This document shows positions 34,964 through 45,025 of a stretch of DNA of 64,000 nt, one piece after another (position 1 is the first letter of the stretch; each line of letters starts with the position of its first letter). The DNA lies in the IMG/VR virus record IMGVR_UViG_2595698333_000001, positions 1-64,000 of that record; one strand, written 5' to 3'. A program made the position numbers and the translations under genes. The notes under the pieces are model-generated. The model saw only the letters and a program-made list of their open reading frames with translations. It was not told where the DNA came from and did not search any database. The DNA is from a virus. Its lineage: Duplodnaviria; Caudoviricetes.

Positions 34964-34965
34964 GT

Positions 34966-35595
34966 CTATTCCCCCGTCCTCAGCATCTGGAAGAACTCGT
35001 CCTTGATATGCGGTTCCTCACGCGCCTGACCACGAAGTGCTGTCGTTCGCGTCGCCGAGTGCGCTTCCTCGATGCCGCGGCACGACATACACTCGTGCTC
35101 CGCGCGGACGAACACCACGACTGCCTGCGGTTCGAGTTCTTCGTGGATGGCGTCTGCGATTTGGTTCGTCAGGCGCTCCTGCACCTGCGGGCGACGAGCG
35201 TATCCCCGCACGACTCGCGCCAGTTTCGACAGGCCCACGACTTCCTCGTCCGGGATATACCCGACGTGAGCGCGTCCTCGGAACGGGAGGAAGTGGTGCG
35301 CACACATGCTCTCCACCTGGATGTTGTCAACGATAACGAACTGGTCGCTGACCGACTCGTTGTCCTCGAACGTGCGCTCCAGATGCTCTCGCGGGTCCTG
35401 TCTCAACCCCTCGAACAGTTCGTAGGCGCGACTCTTCGCCAGGCGCGTCGGCGTTCCTTTCAGATGCTCGTTGTCGAGGTCGAGGCCCAGTGCCTCGATG
35501 AAGTCCTCCGCCGCCTGCACTGCGGCGTCGTAGTCGACCTCGGATGCTTTCATGTCGTCGTCCATCACGGATTCTCCTTCTCGTTGTTGTGACAT
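34966..35595 (-). CDS. folE: GTP cyclohydrolase I
   Basis: TPTRLAK, SMCAHHFLPF, GLSKLAR, PQVQERLT, HECMSCRG. Confidence 0.97.
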   Translation of the reverse strand: MSQQREGESVMDDDMKASEVDYDAAVQAAEDFIEALGLDLDNEHLKGTPTRLAKSRAYELFEGLRQDPREHLERTFEDNESVSDQFVIVDNIQVESMCAHHFLPFRGRAHVGYIPDEEVVGLSKLARVVRGYARRPQVQERLTNQIADAIHEELEPQAVVVFVRAEHECMSCRGIEEAHSATRTTALRGQAREEPHIKDEFFQMLRTGE

Positions 35596-35901
35596 AGTTT
35601 ACTTCGTCTATTCCTCGTCGTTCTCTGGCTCGGGAATCGGGATGGGTTCACCGTACCCGTGTTCTTCTACCTTCTCTCGCAACTCGTCTGCCTGCTCACC
35701 GCGCAGACCCGACATGGCGATGAAGGTGTCCAGTGCGCCTTCGTCGTCGAACTTGATGTACCGTTGTCCTTCGTCTTCAGTCATCGTCTCTCCGTTCTTC
35801 TTCGCAGTCTTCACAGTAGTTCCCCTTGTAGCGCATGGGCGTCCGGCCTCGACTCTCGCCCTTCTGAAACTCAGCACCGCAGTCGAGACACGTCGCCATC
35901 G

Positions 35902-36687
35902 TCACACCCCCGTCGCCTGGTCCCAGGTGGTGACTTGCAGTCGAGGAGTGAAGTCCCAGACGCGGTCCTTGCACAGTTCCGCGACGATGGGATACGTCTC
36001 CGCGAGTTGCTCGCGTGTCTGACCGGCAGGCATGAGCGAGATTCTGTCGTCGGGAATCTCGTACTCCTCGACGATGCTCAGAATCTCGTCCACGTCCTCC
36101 TCACGCGAGACGACGAACTTGAACTTGCTCGTCGGGTTGTTGGCGTGGAAGTCGAGCGCGTCGTCCTTGAGTCGCGTGTCCTCGTCCATCCCGCTGTTCG
36201 ACAGTTTGAGCGAGACGTTGTAGAGGTTGATGTACGGACGCAGTTGCTCGTTGGGAACGAGCGTACCGTTCGTCTCGACCTCGATGAACGGTTTGCCGCG
36301 CTTCCGACGACGGAGCATCTCCGCGACGAGTGCGACGATTTGGTCCTGCCGGGCGGGGAGGAGTGGTTCGCCTCCGGTGAGGATGAGATGGGCGCCATCA
36401 GGCGTCATCTTGTCCCACCACCCCTCATCCTCCCACGTATCGAGCAGGTCAGACGGCGTCGTTGTGAAGTCGGGGTCACGCCAGACGTCAATCGTATCGC
36501 AGACCCACGTCGCGTCACCCTTCGGTTCGTCACCGGATTCGTACTCCTCGAGGTCAGAATCCCACCCGCAGGTCAGGTTACACCCCGCGAAACGCAGGAA
36601 AACCGACGGGACACCTGCGTAAGGACCTTCACCTTGCACCGAGTAGAACTGCTCTGCCACGGGGAGTTGTGTGCTTACGTCGTTCAT
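35902..36687 (-). CDS. queE: 7-carboxy-7-deazaguanine synthase (radical SAM)
   Basis: [19 protein letters not shown]...CDT, LTGGEPL, VETNG. Confidence 0.95.
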   Translation of the reverse strand: MNDVSTQLPVAEQFYSVQGEGPYAGVPSVFLRFAGCNLTCGWDSDLEEYESGDEPKGDATWVCDTIDVWRDPDFTTTPSDLLDTWEDEGWWDKMTPDGAHLILTGGEPLLPARQDQIVALVAEMLRRRKRGKPFIEVETNGTLVPNEQLRPYINLYNVSLKLSNSGMDEDTRLKDDALDFHANNPTSKFKFVVSREEDVDEILSIVEEYEIPDDRISLMPAGQTREQLAETYPIVAELCKDRVWDFTPRLQVTTWDQATGV

Positions 36688-36950
36688 GCTTTCTCCTCGT
36701 TAACGGCCATCGGTTCGTCCTCGATAGCGAAGTCGTCAGCAGGTTCTGCTTCTTCATCGAGGGCACTGTACTCGACTATCTCAACCGATGAGACACGACC
36801 TCGCTCGATACGTGCCTCAGTTCCTGGCATGTTACGTCGCTTCTCCTCCATGAACTCTCGGACCACGTTGTAGTGAACCGACCAGTCGGAACGCATGGTG
36901 AGGCCTGCACGTTCCCACACTACTCGATAGACAACGATGCTGTCAGTCAT
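36684..36950 (-). CDS. Hypothetical protein within the que cluster
   Basis: Coupled [13 protein letters not shown]. Confidence 0.55.
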   Translation of the reverse strand: MTDSIVVYRVVWERAGLTMRSDWSVHYNVVREFMEEKRRNMPGTEARIERGRVSSVEIVEYSALDEEAEPADDFAIEDEPMAVNEEKA

Positions 36951-37076
36951 CGTCGTCCTCCTCGACTTCCAGCACGTCAACGCGCACTACGTCGTCGCGC
37001 TCACGGAGTTCGTCGGCAACGTCCTCCGCGTCCTCCTCAGGACCGAGCGCGACGAGGAGCGAGTTGATGGATGCCA

Positions 37077-37538
37077 TTATTCCTCGTTGAAGGCGTCGGG
37101 GTACGCAGACGCCATGGCGTACTTCTGCGTCTCCTTGATTTCCACGCGGGCACGGTCGACGTTCTCGAACGTATCGACCAGTTCCTGAGCGACGACCTGA
37201 CTGACGAGTTCCGTCGTCGGGTCACCGTCGAACGTGTAGACCTCGCCCAGGACCTCCGTGACGAGCGACGTTCCTCCCTGCTCTTCGAGTGCACGCAGGA
37301 GCGGGTCGTCGTTGTTGAGGAGGATGGCGTGGTCGTACTTGTCGAAGACGCCCGAGACATCCTTGAAGTCGACCGCCATCTGATGCTCCTCGTTCGGGAC
37401 GCGCACCTTGAGACGCGCGTTCCACTCCATGTTGTGCCCGTGGATGTTGTTACATGCCCCGTCGTAGTGCATGAGACGGTGTGCGGTGCTTGTGCTGTGA
37501 CCTTCGACTTCGAGTGTACGGATGTTGTTGTTGCTCAT
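37077..37538 (-). CDS. queD: 6-carboxy-tetrahydropterin synthase
   Basis: AHRLMHYDGACNNIHGHN, VDF, YDH, PTTE, IKET. Confidence 0.95.
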   Translation of the reverse strand: MSNNNIRTLEVEGHSTSTAHRLMHYDGACNNIHGHNMEWNARLKVRVPNEEHQMAVDFKDVSGVFDKYDHAILLNNDDPLLRALEEQGGTSLVTEVLGEVYTFDGDPTTELVSQVVAQELVDTFENVDRARVEIKETQKYAMASAYPDAFNEE

Positions 37539-38299
37539 CGGTGACTGACCTCCTCCAGGATGTTCTTCCACTGTTCAGGACTGTTCCGCTTGACCGCGTC
37601 CGGCGTTCCGAACGGGTCGGTGACGCGGGCGAGGTGGAACGCCTCTCCTCGCTCGATACACGCGGGACACTGCCCGCACGGTTCGGGGTCCTCGTCCTCG
37701 ATTGCTTCGTAGCACGAGTACGTGTACTCCCACGGAACGCCGAGGTCCTCACCCTGCTGAATCACCTGAACCTTCTCGCGGTGCAGGAGCGGCGCACGCA
37801 GGGTGATACTCTCGTTGTCCGCGAGCGAGGCGTTGATGGCGTTCTCTGCTGCCGTGACGAACGGAGCGCGACAGTCAGGGTACGACTCCTCGTCGCCACC
37901 CTGCACGCCGATGTAGATGGCATCGCCGTCCGTCACGTCAGCAACGCCTGCGCCGGTCGCCAGGAGATGAAGGTTCCGCATGGGCACGTATCCCGTCGAG
38001 CGCCCATCGTCCTCCTCCAGGTCGCCGTCGTCGGTGACGAACGAGTCGCGGTCAGACGCGACACCACGCCCGAAGACCTCGAACACCGACTCGTAGTCGA
38101 TGGTCGTGACCGGGTGGACGCTGTGTCCCTCGTCACGGAAGTGAGTTGCGAGGTTGACCGCCTGCTGCTCCTCGAACTCCGCCGTCTGCTGACCGTAGTT
38201 GTAGTGCACCGGCTGCACCTCGTCGTAGTGTTTCACTGCGAGAGCGAGGCACGTAGCCGAGTCGATTCCTCCCGAAAGTAGTACGATTGCTTTCGTCAT
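37535..38299 (-). CDS. queC: 7-cyano-7-deazaguanine synthase
   Basis: LLSGGIDS, YVPMRN, YPDCR, TYSCY..CGQCPAC. Confidence 0.97.
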   Translation of the reverse strand: MTKAIVLLSGGIDSATCLALAVKHYDEVQPVHYNYGQQTAEFEEQQAVNLATHFRDEGHSVHPVTTIDYESVFEVFGRGVASDRDSFVTDDGDLEEDDGRSTGYVPMRNLHLLATGAGVADVTDGDAIYIGVQGGDEESYPDCRAPFVTAAENAINASLADNESITLRAPLLHREKVQVIQQGEDLGVPWEYTYSCYEAIEDEDPEPCGQCPACIERGEAFHLARVTDPFGTPDAVKRNSPEQWKNILEEVSHR

Positions 38300-38356
38300 C
38301 TGCGTTTGTGTGTATGACCGGAACTGGTTATCAAACTTTCCATCTATCGGAACCGT

Positions 38357-38791
38357 CTATTTTAGCTCGTGTCCGCAGTTCGGGCAGACGTCCGTATGCC
38401 AACCTTCCTGGTGTCGTGACGCATGGTCGGATGGTGTTTCGAGGGTAAGGTTCGACGGGCGGTTATCCCACTTGACTCCTGTCTTGTGGTGAACCTGATT
38501 CCCGCATACCGCCTCGAATCCGAACTGAGCGACAGCGACAAGCCGATGAACGAGGACGCTTTTCGTAGTCTTCTCGTCACCGTCCCATGCCTGCCACAGT
38601 TCGTATCCATCCTCGGTAGTCGAAAACGAAGCGCGGTTGACCTCACGTTGCTCACGCTCGATACCGAGTTTCTCCATCCAATTGTATATCGTCTGCGCGG
38701 TCACGTCATACCTATCTGCGATTTGACCACCGCTCAGGCCTTCTTCGCAGTAGAGACGACGCAGTGTTTCTTCGTCGCGGTATTCTGCCAT
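38357..38791 (-). CDS. HTH-HNH homing endonuclease
   Basis: VHRLVA..VHHKTGVKWDNRPSNL; paralog of the 30610 ORF. Confidence 0.88.
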   Translation of the reverse strand: MAEYRDEETLRRLYCEEGLSGGQIADRYDVTAQTIYNWMEKLGIEREQREVNRASFSTTEDGYELWQAWDGDEKTTKSVLVHRLVAVAQFGFEAVCGNQVHHKTGVKWDNRPSNLTLETPSDHASRHQEGWHTDVCPNCGHELK

Positions 38792-38851
38792 TACATCTAT
38801 GACTTCGAGTATAGATGTAAAGGTATGACGTGGAGACACGAGCATTTTCTG

Positions 38852-39268
38852 CTACTGGAACCCGACGCGACCTGACCCTCCTTCGAGCGGGTCGTCAGAC
38901 CCGAACATTCCGCCCATCTGGTCCATCATCTCCTCCATCATCTCCTCGCGTTCCTCCTGGCGTTCTTGCAGCCAGGCAGTCATCTCAGGACCGTAGATTT
39001 CCAGGCCGACCTGCGTGCCGATACTGCCCATGACCTGAGACAGTCCCGCAGTCGACTGCTCGGCGGCCATCTCGATTTCTTTGTTCCAGGCGACGTGCAG
39101 GAGCGTGAGCGCCTCAGCACGAGTGAGGTCTACGCTCACAGGACGGTCCTCCTCCGTCTCACCGGCGCACTCGTCGCACGCCTCGTTCTCTCCGCACGTA
39201 CAGTCAGTCCCGTCCGATTCATCCTCCACGTCGTCGAACCGCTCAGCGTCGTTGTCTCTGTCGCTCAT
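38852..39268 (-). CDS. Acidic Cys-containing hypothetical protein
   Basis: CTCGENEACDEC. Confidence 0.65.
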   Translation of the reverse strand: MSDRDNDAERFDDVEDESDGTDCTCGENEACDECAGETEEDRPVSVDLTRAEALTLLHVAWNKEIEMAAEQSTAGLSQVMGSIGTQVGLEIYGPEMTAWLQERQEEREEMMEEMMDQMGGMFGSDDPLEGGSGRVGFQ

Positions 39269-39483
39269 TACCCTTCCCTCGAGATGTGGATGAAGCGTTC
39301 GCCGTGGATGGTCAGAACGCGCTTGTCGTCTGCGTACACGTCGAGGAGCGGCGGCTCGTTGTCAGGCGAGATGGTCTCACCGTGGGTCTCGACACGCGGG
39401 TAGGACGAGGACTGGAACCGCTTCGACTGCACCTCGCCCTCGACCGTGCGCCACTTCGCCACGTAAGATTCTTCCTTCGACAT
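39268..39483 (-). CDS. Hypothetical protein
   Basis: Start MSKEESY; coupled. Confidence 0.6.
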   Translation of the reverse strand: MSKEESYVAKWRTVEGEVQSKRFQSSSYPRVETHGETISPDNEPPLLDVYADDKRVLTIHGERFIHISREG

Positions 39484-39487
39484 GGGA

Positions 39488-39808
39488 TTACTCCTCGTCA
39501 GTCTCCGACTCAGTTTCGTCGTCCGTTTCATCCTCGGTGTCCTCGGACAGGTCGTACCCGACACTGATGCTGAGACGGTCCTCGTACATCGAGACGTCCA
39601 CGTTGTCGGGTTCGTGGTCGGGGTCGAGCTTGTTCTCTACGATGTCTCGCGCGCCGTCGAGCTGTTCGAGGATGTCTCGGTCGTCGTCCTCCCACTCGAG
39701 ACGATACTCCGCCTTGTCGTCCCAGAGAGACACGTTCACCGTGTCGCACCCGAACCGCTCTTCGAGCGACGCCGCGAAGTCGCGGAGGTCCTGCGCTTCG
39801 TCGTACAT
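39488..39808 (-). CDS. Acidic hypothetical protein
   Basis: Start MYDEAQ coupled to the queF stop. Confidence 0.6.
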   Translation of the reverse strand: MYDEAQDLRDFAASLEERFGCDTVNVSLWDDKAEYRLEWEDDDRDILEQLDGARDIVENKLDPDHEPDNVDVSMYEDRLSISVGYDLSEDTEDETDDETESETDEE

Positions 39809-40269
39809 CACTGGATACCTCCGACCCACGTCTGCGACGAGATGCCACCGCGCGGATTCACGTCGAAGGCGACGTGGAGTCGCTTCTGCGCTTCGTCCTC
39901 ATCGAGGTCCGGGTACAGGATTTCCGCGAGGTCCTGCCACACCTTCGCGGTGACCTCTTCGTGCGAGATACGAGCGTCCTCGAACGACATGAGGTAGTAC
40001 TTCAGCGACTTCAGTTCGACGATGTAGTCCTCGGGCACGTACTCGATTTCTATCTCGCCGTAGTCGCGCACTCCTTCGCTCTCGACTTCATCGTCCTCGG
40101 CGTCAGGGTCAACGCCGTAGTCGACCGGACAGTTGGTTGAGAATTCCTTGGCGACGTGCCGGTCAGTCCTCTCCGTGTCAGGACGCGGGTTGGGCACTGC
40201 CTGGAGCACTTCACTGTTGATTGGGTCGTAATCCGGGTTGAACCGGAAGTTGACTTCGTTGTCTCCCAT
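39808..40269 (-). CDS. queF: NADPH-dependent preQ0 reductase (type I QueF)
   Basis: EFSTNCP (catalytic Cys), RDYG (Asp), QueF motif ELKSLKYYL, SHEE, PRGG. Confidence 0.9.
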   Translation of the reverse strand: MGDNEVNFRFNPDYDPINSEVLQAVPNPRPDTERTDRHVAKEFSTNCPVDYGVDPDAEDDEVESEGVRDYGEIEIEYVPEDYIVELKSLKYYLMSFEDARISHEEVTAKVWQDLAEILYPDLDEDEAQKRLHVAFDVNPRGGISSQTWVGGIQ

Positions 40270-40343
40270 CTGCGAATAGACGTTACTGACGGGAGGACGT
40301 ATAGGAAACGACCCAGAAAAGGGGTGATTCTTGGACCGAGGCG

Positions 40344-41261
40344 TCAGTTGGCGAAGACCGCCATGTCGTCAGGCAGGTCGTCCTCGCCGTCACTGTCGCA
40401 CCCGGACGAACCTCCGCTCTCACCCGAGACGGGCAGGAGCGAGGCGTACTCCTCGGCGACGCTGACCTTGTAGCCGTTCTCCGTCAGGGTGTTGACGAAC
40501 TGACGGACGGCCTCGGTCGTGCGGTCGAGGACCCAGTCATCGCCGTCGTAGGTACAGTGCGTGTCGTCCCACGACATCTCGCTGCTCAGGTCCTCGCCCT
40601 TCGACGAGAGCAGGTTGTACGTGTCACCGCTCAGCGTCAGCTTCTGACCGTACTTGTCGCGCTTCGCGCCGGAAATCTGAACCGCGCCGTCGGACATCTT
40701 GCCCGCGTGCGTGGCGCCGTTGACCTCAACGACCACGTCGTCCTCGCTCTCAGGGTAACGGACAGCGAACCGGATGACGCTCAGGGGGACCGACTCGCTC
40801 TTGAACGAGTCACGGTCATCGGTCGGCGCCGTGCCGGGACCGGGCTTCTCGCTGTTGTCGTGCCAGTTGAACGCCTTGCGGCGAATCTTCCGCGCGGCCT
40901 TGCTGTTCAGGCCACCGCGCGAGTTGTTGATACGAGCGGCGGACGTGACGCGGCCGATGGCGTCACTCGTCTTGATACCCTCGTCAACGAACAGCGCCTT
41001 GCCGCTCGGGGAGACGCTGTCGGGCTTGATGAAGAACCACTCACCCCAGACACCGAACGCCTCGTTGCCCCACCAGGTCGAATCCAGGCGGACGAGAACT
41101 GCGTCGGTCTCCTGCATGACCTCCTTGACCGCCGCGAGCGTGTCCGGGTCAGCCGAGCGGGTCGCCTCCGCCAGCGCCGCGTCGTCCTCAGCGTCGAGGA
41201 CCTCGGGGTTGAAGTTGTCCTGCGCGTTGCCACCGTCGTCCGCGTTCGCGTTCGAGCTCAT
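40344..41261 (-). CDS. Hypothetical protein (probably highly expressed)
   Basis: Strong codon bias; own TTTTATT promoter and GGAGG RBS. Confidence 0.8.
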   Translation of the reverse strand: MSSNANADDGGNAQDNFNPEVLDAEDDAALAEATRSADPDTLAAVKEVMQETDAVLVRLDSTWWGNEAFGVWGEWFFIKPDSVSPSGKALFVDEGIKTSDAIGRVTSAARINNSRGGLNSKAARKIRRKAFNWHDNSEKPGPGTAPTDDRDSFKSESVPLSVIRFAVRYPESEDDVVVEVNGATHAGKMSDGAVQISGAKRDKYGQKLTLSGDTYNLLSSKGEDLSSEMSWDDTHCTYDGDDWVLDRTTEAVRQFVNTLTENGYKVSVAEEYASLLPVSGESGGSSGCDSDGEDDLPDDMAVFAN

Positions 41262-41792
41262 CTCTTTTCTTCCTCCGCACTCGGTAGTACATCACCCGGG
41301 ATAATAAAAGTATGGGAATACCACGTAGCGCGTTGTATGGTTACAACCTCGGAATAGCCCGTACCGCGTCTAACGAAGCAGACGCGGTTCTGAGCGCATG
41401 GAGGGTAGCTCCGATACATCGTAGGGACCCCGACCGACAAAAGGAGGGATATAACTATGGTGTTCAGACTACCGAGCAATCACACAACGCCCGATACCAT
41501 AAAAGTATGGGTTATCCTCGTACCGAAGCATAAAGAAAAAGCCCTCGGGCGCGCTACCCGAAGGCTCTATTTCTCACGCCGTTCGCCGTTCATCTCATCC
41601 CAGAAGTGCTCGTAGTCGTTCGGGCCATCAGGCCTCATCCTCATGGCGCCGATAACGTTGCCGCACTCGGGACAGTCGTAGCCGAGGTCTCGACGACCCG
41701 CGGCATGCTGGGAAGGCCCTTGATAGTCACACCGTCCATGTTATCAGTCGAACCTACCCACCCGCAGTCGTAGCACTCGTACTCTTTCTCGC

Positions 41793-42269
41793 TCATGCTT
41801 CGTCCGGGTTGACTGCCACTATGCAGTCGATACGAACGTGCGACTTCATCTCTCCGCTGAGCAGGCCTCCGCGGTCGATGTTGTTGCCGCTTCCCAGTTC
41901 GAGGTGGTCTTCCGTCCAGATGCTCTCCTTCGCAGGACGCGGCATCTCGAAGCCGGGCAGCTTGCGCACGTACCCAGTTGACAGGTAGGCGTTCTCGTTC
42001 GTCGGCGGACCCGTCCAGTACAGGACCTCGACGCCGAGCGAGATTTGGTCGAGCGCCTCGTCGGAACTCAGGCATCCACAGGCCTCGTACACCTCGTCCG
42101 GGTACTCGCCTGCCGCGGAAAAGAACTTCGAGTACTGAGGCACCATGCCCGTGTCCTCGTTGACTTCCTCCACGTCAGGGTCCCGGGTCCACTTCGAGCG
42201 GTAATCCTCGAAGACGGATTTGTCGTAGGTCGAGACCACTTCGCCGTTGACTTCGTATGAGTCACTCAT
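41793..42269 (-). CDS. Hypothetical protein
   Basis: Start MSDSYEV. Confidence 0.65.
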   Translation of the reverse strand: MSDSYEVNGEVVSTYDKSVFEDYRSKWTRDPDVEEVNEDTGMVPQYSKFFSAAGEYPDEVYEACGCLSSDEALDQISLGVEVLYWTGPPTNENAYLSTGYVRKLPGFEMPRPAKESIWTEDHLELGSGNNIDRGGLLSGEMKSHVRIDCIVAVNPDEA

Positions 42270-42297
42270 GTCTGTTGTCTCCTTGTTGGCGCGGGCG

Positions 42298-42369
42298 TAC
42301 ACCAGAACGGATATTGACGCCGGAGCGCAGGGGTCCGTTCCTGGGAGGCGGGCGTCCCTCCTCCGTGTA
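42298..42369 (-). ncRNA. Candidate three-way-junction leader RNA with kissing loops
   Basis: TACAC/GTGTA, GGAGG/CCTCC and CAG(G)AACGGA/TCCGTTCTG stems; loops carry GACGCC and GGCGTC. Confidence 0.4.
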
Positions 42370-42443
42370 GTACAACGGCCCCCGAGACCATAATGGTAAG
42401 TAGCGGGGTGAAGGTAAAGAGAAGGCGTGTACCGCGAGGATTC

Positions 42444-43697
42444 TTAGAAATCGAGGACTGACTGACTTTTCGACTCGTACTCTTGCACACTGGAGTCCTC
42501 TCCCGTCGCCCAATCCTCGTAGGCGTTCTTGTCGAGGTCGAGGACCTCAAGTTCGTCTCCCTCAAGACGATGCTGGAGGGCGATTTGCCGACGTTCCTCT
42601 ACGTCGAGGTCGCGTAGCAGGTCGAGCATGACATTCTTGAAGTGGATGAACGACCCGCTGAACTTGTATGTCGTCCCGTCGTAGTCCTTGAGCTTACGAT
42701 AGACGCGAGCAGTCGCGGTGTCTCCCGATGCTTTGTCTAGGCTGTGCCTGTACCACTCCGGGAACAGGCCCGGGATGTAACCCGAGTACGCTTCGGTCAA
42801 ACGCACCTCAGGAACCATCCGTGCGAGCGCACCCGCGTATTTCCAGTACCTGTAGTTTCGAGTCGACTGCGCACGTCCCAACCACTTATCGGCTCGTGCG
42901 AGGCAGTCGTAGGCGACTCCCGCCTCGAGACCTCGGAACTCCTTCGCCACCGCCTGGTCGAGCCAGATAACGAGTTGGTCGGGCGAGATGTTGTTGCCGG
43001 CGTACTTGTCGCCACCCAGGATTTCCGGGATGGCGTCGAACTCTCCTTCGTCCCACTCACGGTCGTCGAAACCGAGCGGAACATCGCTCTCCGCCATCAT
43101 CTGTAGGTCGTTGATGGCAGAACGCAGGTCAGGACGCTGAGCGAGGCGTTCCTCGTCATGCTCGTCCAGTTCGACGCCCTCCTTCTCAGCGATTTCTCGA
43201 ATCTTGGCGGCACGCGACCGCTTCCCGAGTTTGAAGTCCTCGGAGTTCACCCGATTCTTGATGCCGTCCGGCACGTCATACTCCTCGTTCGCCGTGAGGA
43301 TAATCGGATTCGCGGGAGAATCGAGAGCGTCGTACAGCGGTTGCTTGTTAGCAGCGTGATGCCACCCGTCCACCTCGTCGAGAAGGACGAGTTGACGATT
43401 ACCGTCCGCCGGCGACGCCTCGATGCTCGCCGCCATGTCGCGGATATCGTCCGTCTTCCGCGCAGACGAGGCGTTGATTTGATTGAGCGGCATCCCGAGC
43501 TGGTCAGAGACGACGTATGCCGTAGTCGTCTTGCCCGTGCCCGGAGGTCCGACGAGCAACTGCCCCTGGTCACCGGGTTCCCACTCGTCCGCCCACTCAC
43601 GGATACGCTTGAGAGCGGCGTTGTTTCCTTGCAGTTCTGAGAACGACTGCGGTCGGTGCTTTTCAACCCAACTGTTTGATGAGGTGTTCTGTGTCAT
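42444..43697 (-). CDS. rfcL: Replication factor C large subunit (clamp loader)
   Basis: WVEKHRP, GPPGTGKT, INASS, LDEVD, DLRSAINDLQ; C-terminal QSVLDF. Confidence 0.93.
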   Translation of the reverse strand: MTQNTSSNSWVEKHRPQSFSELQGNNAALKRIREWADEWEPGDQGQLLVGPPGTGKTTTAYVVSDQLGMPLNQINASSARKTDDIRDMAASIEASPADGNRQLVLLDEVDGWHHAANKQPLYDALDSPANPIILTANEEYDVPDGIKNRVNSEDFKLGKRSRAAKIREIAEKEGVELDEHDEERLAQRPDLRSAINDLQMMAESDVPLGFDDREWDEGEFDAIPEILGGDKYAGNNISPDQLVIWLDQAVAKEFRGLEAGVAYDCLARADKWLGRAQSTRNYRYWKYAGALARMVPEVRLTEAYSGYIPGLFPEWYRHSLDKASGDTATARVYRKLKDYDGTTYKFSGSFIHFKNVMLDLLRDLDVEERRQIALQHRLEGDELEVLDLDKNAYEDWATGEDSSVQEYESKSQSVLDF

Positions 43698-44133
43698 AGT
43701 GCCTCCGTCCTGCATTTCCGAGCATTTCTCCCACGTCCTCCCTGCACTGGACGAGTGAACGATACTCCTCTTCGGTACGCCCCTGCGACTGTGTATTCCC
43801 GTCCCAGTCCTCCTCGAGAATACGCTGTGCGATAGGGCGTTTTTCCCGCAAGTACGGTTCGACTTTCTCGATGACCACGAGCGCACTCTTGCCGTTGACC
43901 TGCGTATCGTCCCACTCGTCCTTGCCGTTTGAGAGAGTGTCGAAGTGGGACGAACAGTCGAGTTCGTTCACCAATTCTCGGAACAGGTCGTGGCGGGTCG
44001 AACCACCCGAAACCGTGATTTCCGGGGCGATGTAGAACCCGTGCTTCGCTCTGTCTACCTTCTGAACACCGACACGGATTGAACCGTCGGCGTCGATTAT
44101 CCCTGCTAAGTAGTGCAGGTCTTCGTCCTCCAT
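43663..44133 (-). CDS. Single-motif LAGLIDADG homing endonuclease
   Basis: YLAGIIDADGSI; PYLREKR. Confidence 0.9.
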   Translation of the reverse strand: MEDEDLHYLAGIIDADGSIRVGVQKVDRAKHGFYIAPEITVSGGSTRHDLFRELVNELDCSSHFDTLSNGKDEWDDTQVNGKSALVVIEKVEPYLREKRPIAQRILEEDWDGNTQSQGRTEEEYRSLVQCREDVGEMLGNAGRRHYDTEHLIKQLG

Positions 44134-44171
44134 GTTTCCTTGTTGAGGGTAGAATCATATCAATACCTCGG

Positions 44172-45023
44172 TCAGAAATCCAATACATCTGTGGCTTGGG
44201 TGTCGAACGACGCTTCATCCGGGTTAAAATTCATCACTAGCCTTTCTACATTCTGAGAAGAATCCATGGAAGAAGAATACCGGCGTTTTTTCTCAGACAC
44301 AAACCAGGTTTTATCTATTTTCGTCTCGAGAACATCGGGCAGTTCATCATAGCTAATAACAACATCTCCATCTACATCAGTAATCAGCTCAGCGAACCGA
44401 GCGTGGTCAAAGTCATTTCCAACTGCGTAGTACTTATTGCCGGACCTATCACCCACGTATGGAGGGTCACAGTAGAACAAACAGTTTGTAGAATCGTACT
44501 TCGTCACGACCTCCTCAAAATCAAGATTCTCAATTATAACCTCCTTGAACCGGTCAGCTACACGAGAAACCTGTTCCTTTGACTTTTCGTACTTGTGGGT
44601 TGTTTCATCAGCAGGACTTCTTGCAGTCGTGTTAATACGAAACCCACCGTTAGGTTTCGCAGAAAACGAAGTCGTTTGAAGGTAGAAGAACCTACCTGCT
44701 CTTGCTACCTCATCGTCTGGCTCTTTACCATCCTCCAAATCTTGCGAGTATTCCTCGTATAGTTCACGAGAGTACGGTGTCATCTCGAGCCATTCTCGTA
44801 ACTCATCTCCACGGTCACGACAGACCTCGAAGTAGTTGACTACCCGCCCGTAAACATCGTTGTAAACCTCTATCGTAGAACGGGGTTTGTTGAACAGGAC
44901 AGATGCTGACCCTCCGAACGGTTCGACGTAACACTCATGTTCTGGGAAGTGACTGATTATCCACGGAGCGAGTGTCGTCTTTCCGCCTGGGTAGTTGACC
45001 GTCCCTGTGTTTTTCTTGGGCAT
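44172..45023 (-). CDS. D12-class DNA adenine methyltransferase
   Basis: YPGGK, YVEPFGGSASV, YND, YCDPPY; markedly lower GC. Confidence 0.93.
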   Translation of the reverse strand: MPKKNTGTVNYPGGKTTLAPWIISHFPEHECYVEPFGGSASVLFNKPRSTIEVYNDVYGRVVNYFEVCRDRGDELREWLEMTPYSRELYEEYSQDLEDGKEPDDEVARAGRFFYLQTTSFSAKPNGGFRINTTARSPADETTHKYEKSKEQVSRVADRFKEVIIENLDFEEVVTKYDSTNCLFYCDPPYVGDRSGNKYYAVGNDFDHARFAELITDVDGDVVISYDELPDVLETKIDKTWFVSEKKRRYSSSMDSSQNVERLVMNFNPDEASFDTQATDVLDF

Positions 45024-45025
45024 GG

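Noticed and set aside
42444-44133. LAGLIDADG as an intein or intron in rfcL
   Set aside because: It has its own start and stop in a different frame, no intein termini, and rfcL is intact from 43697
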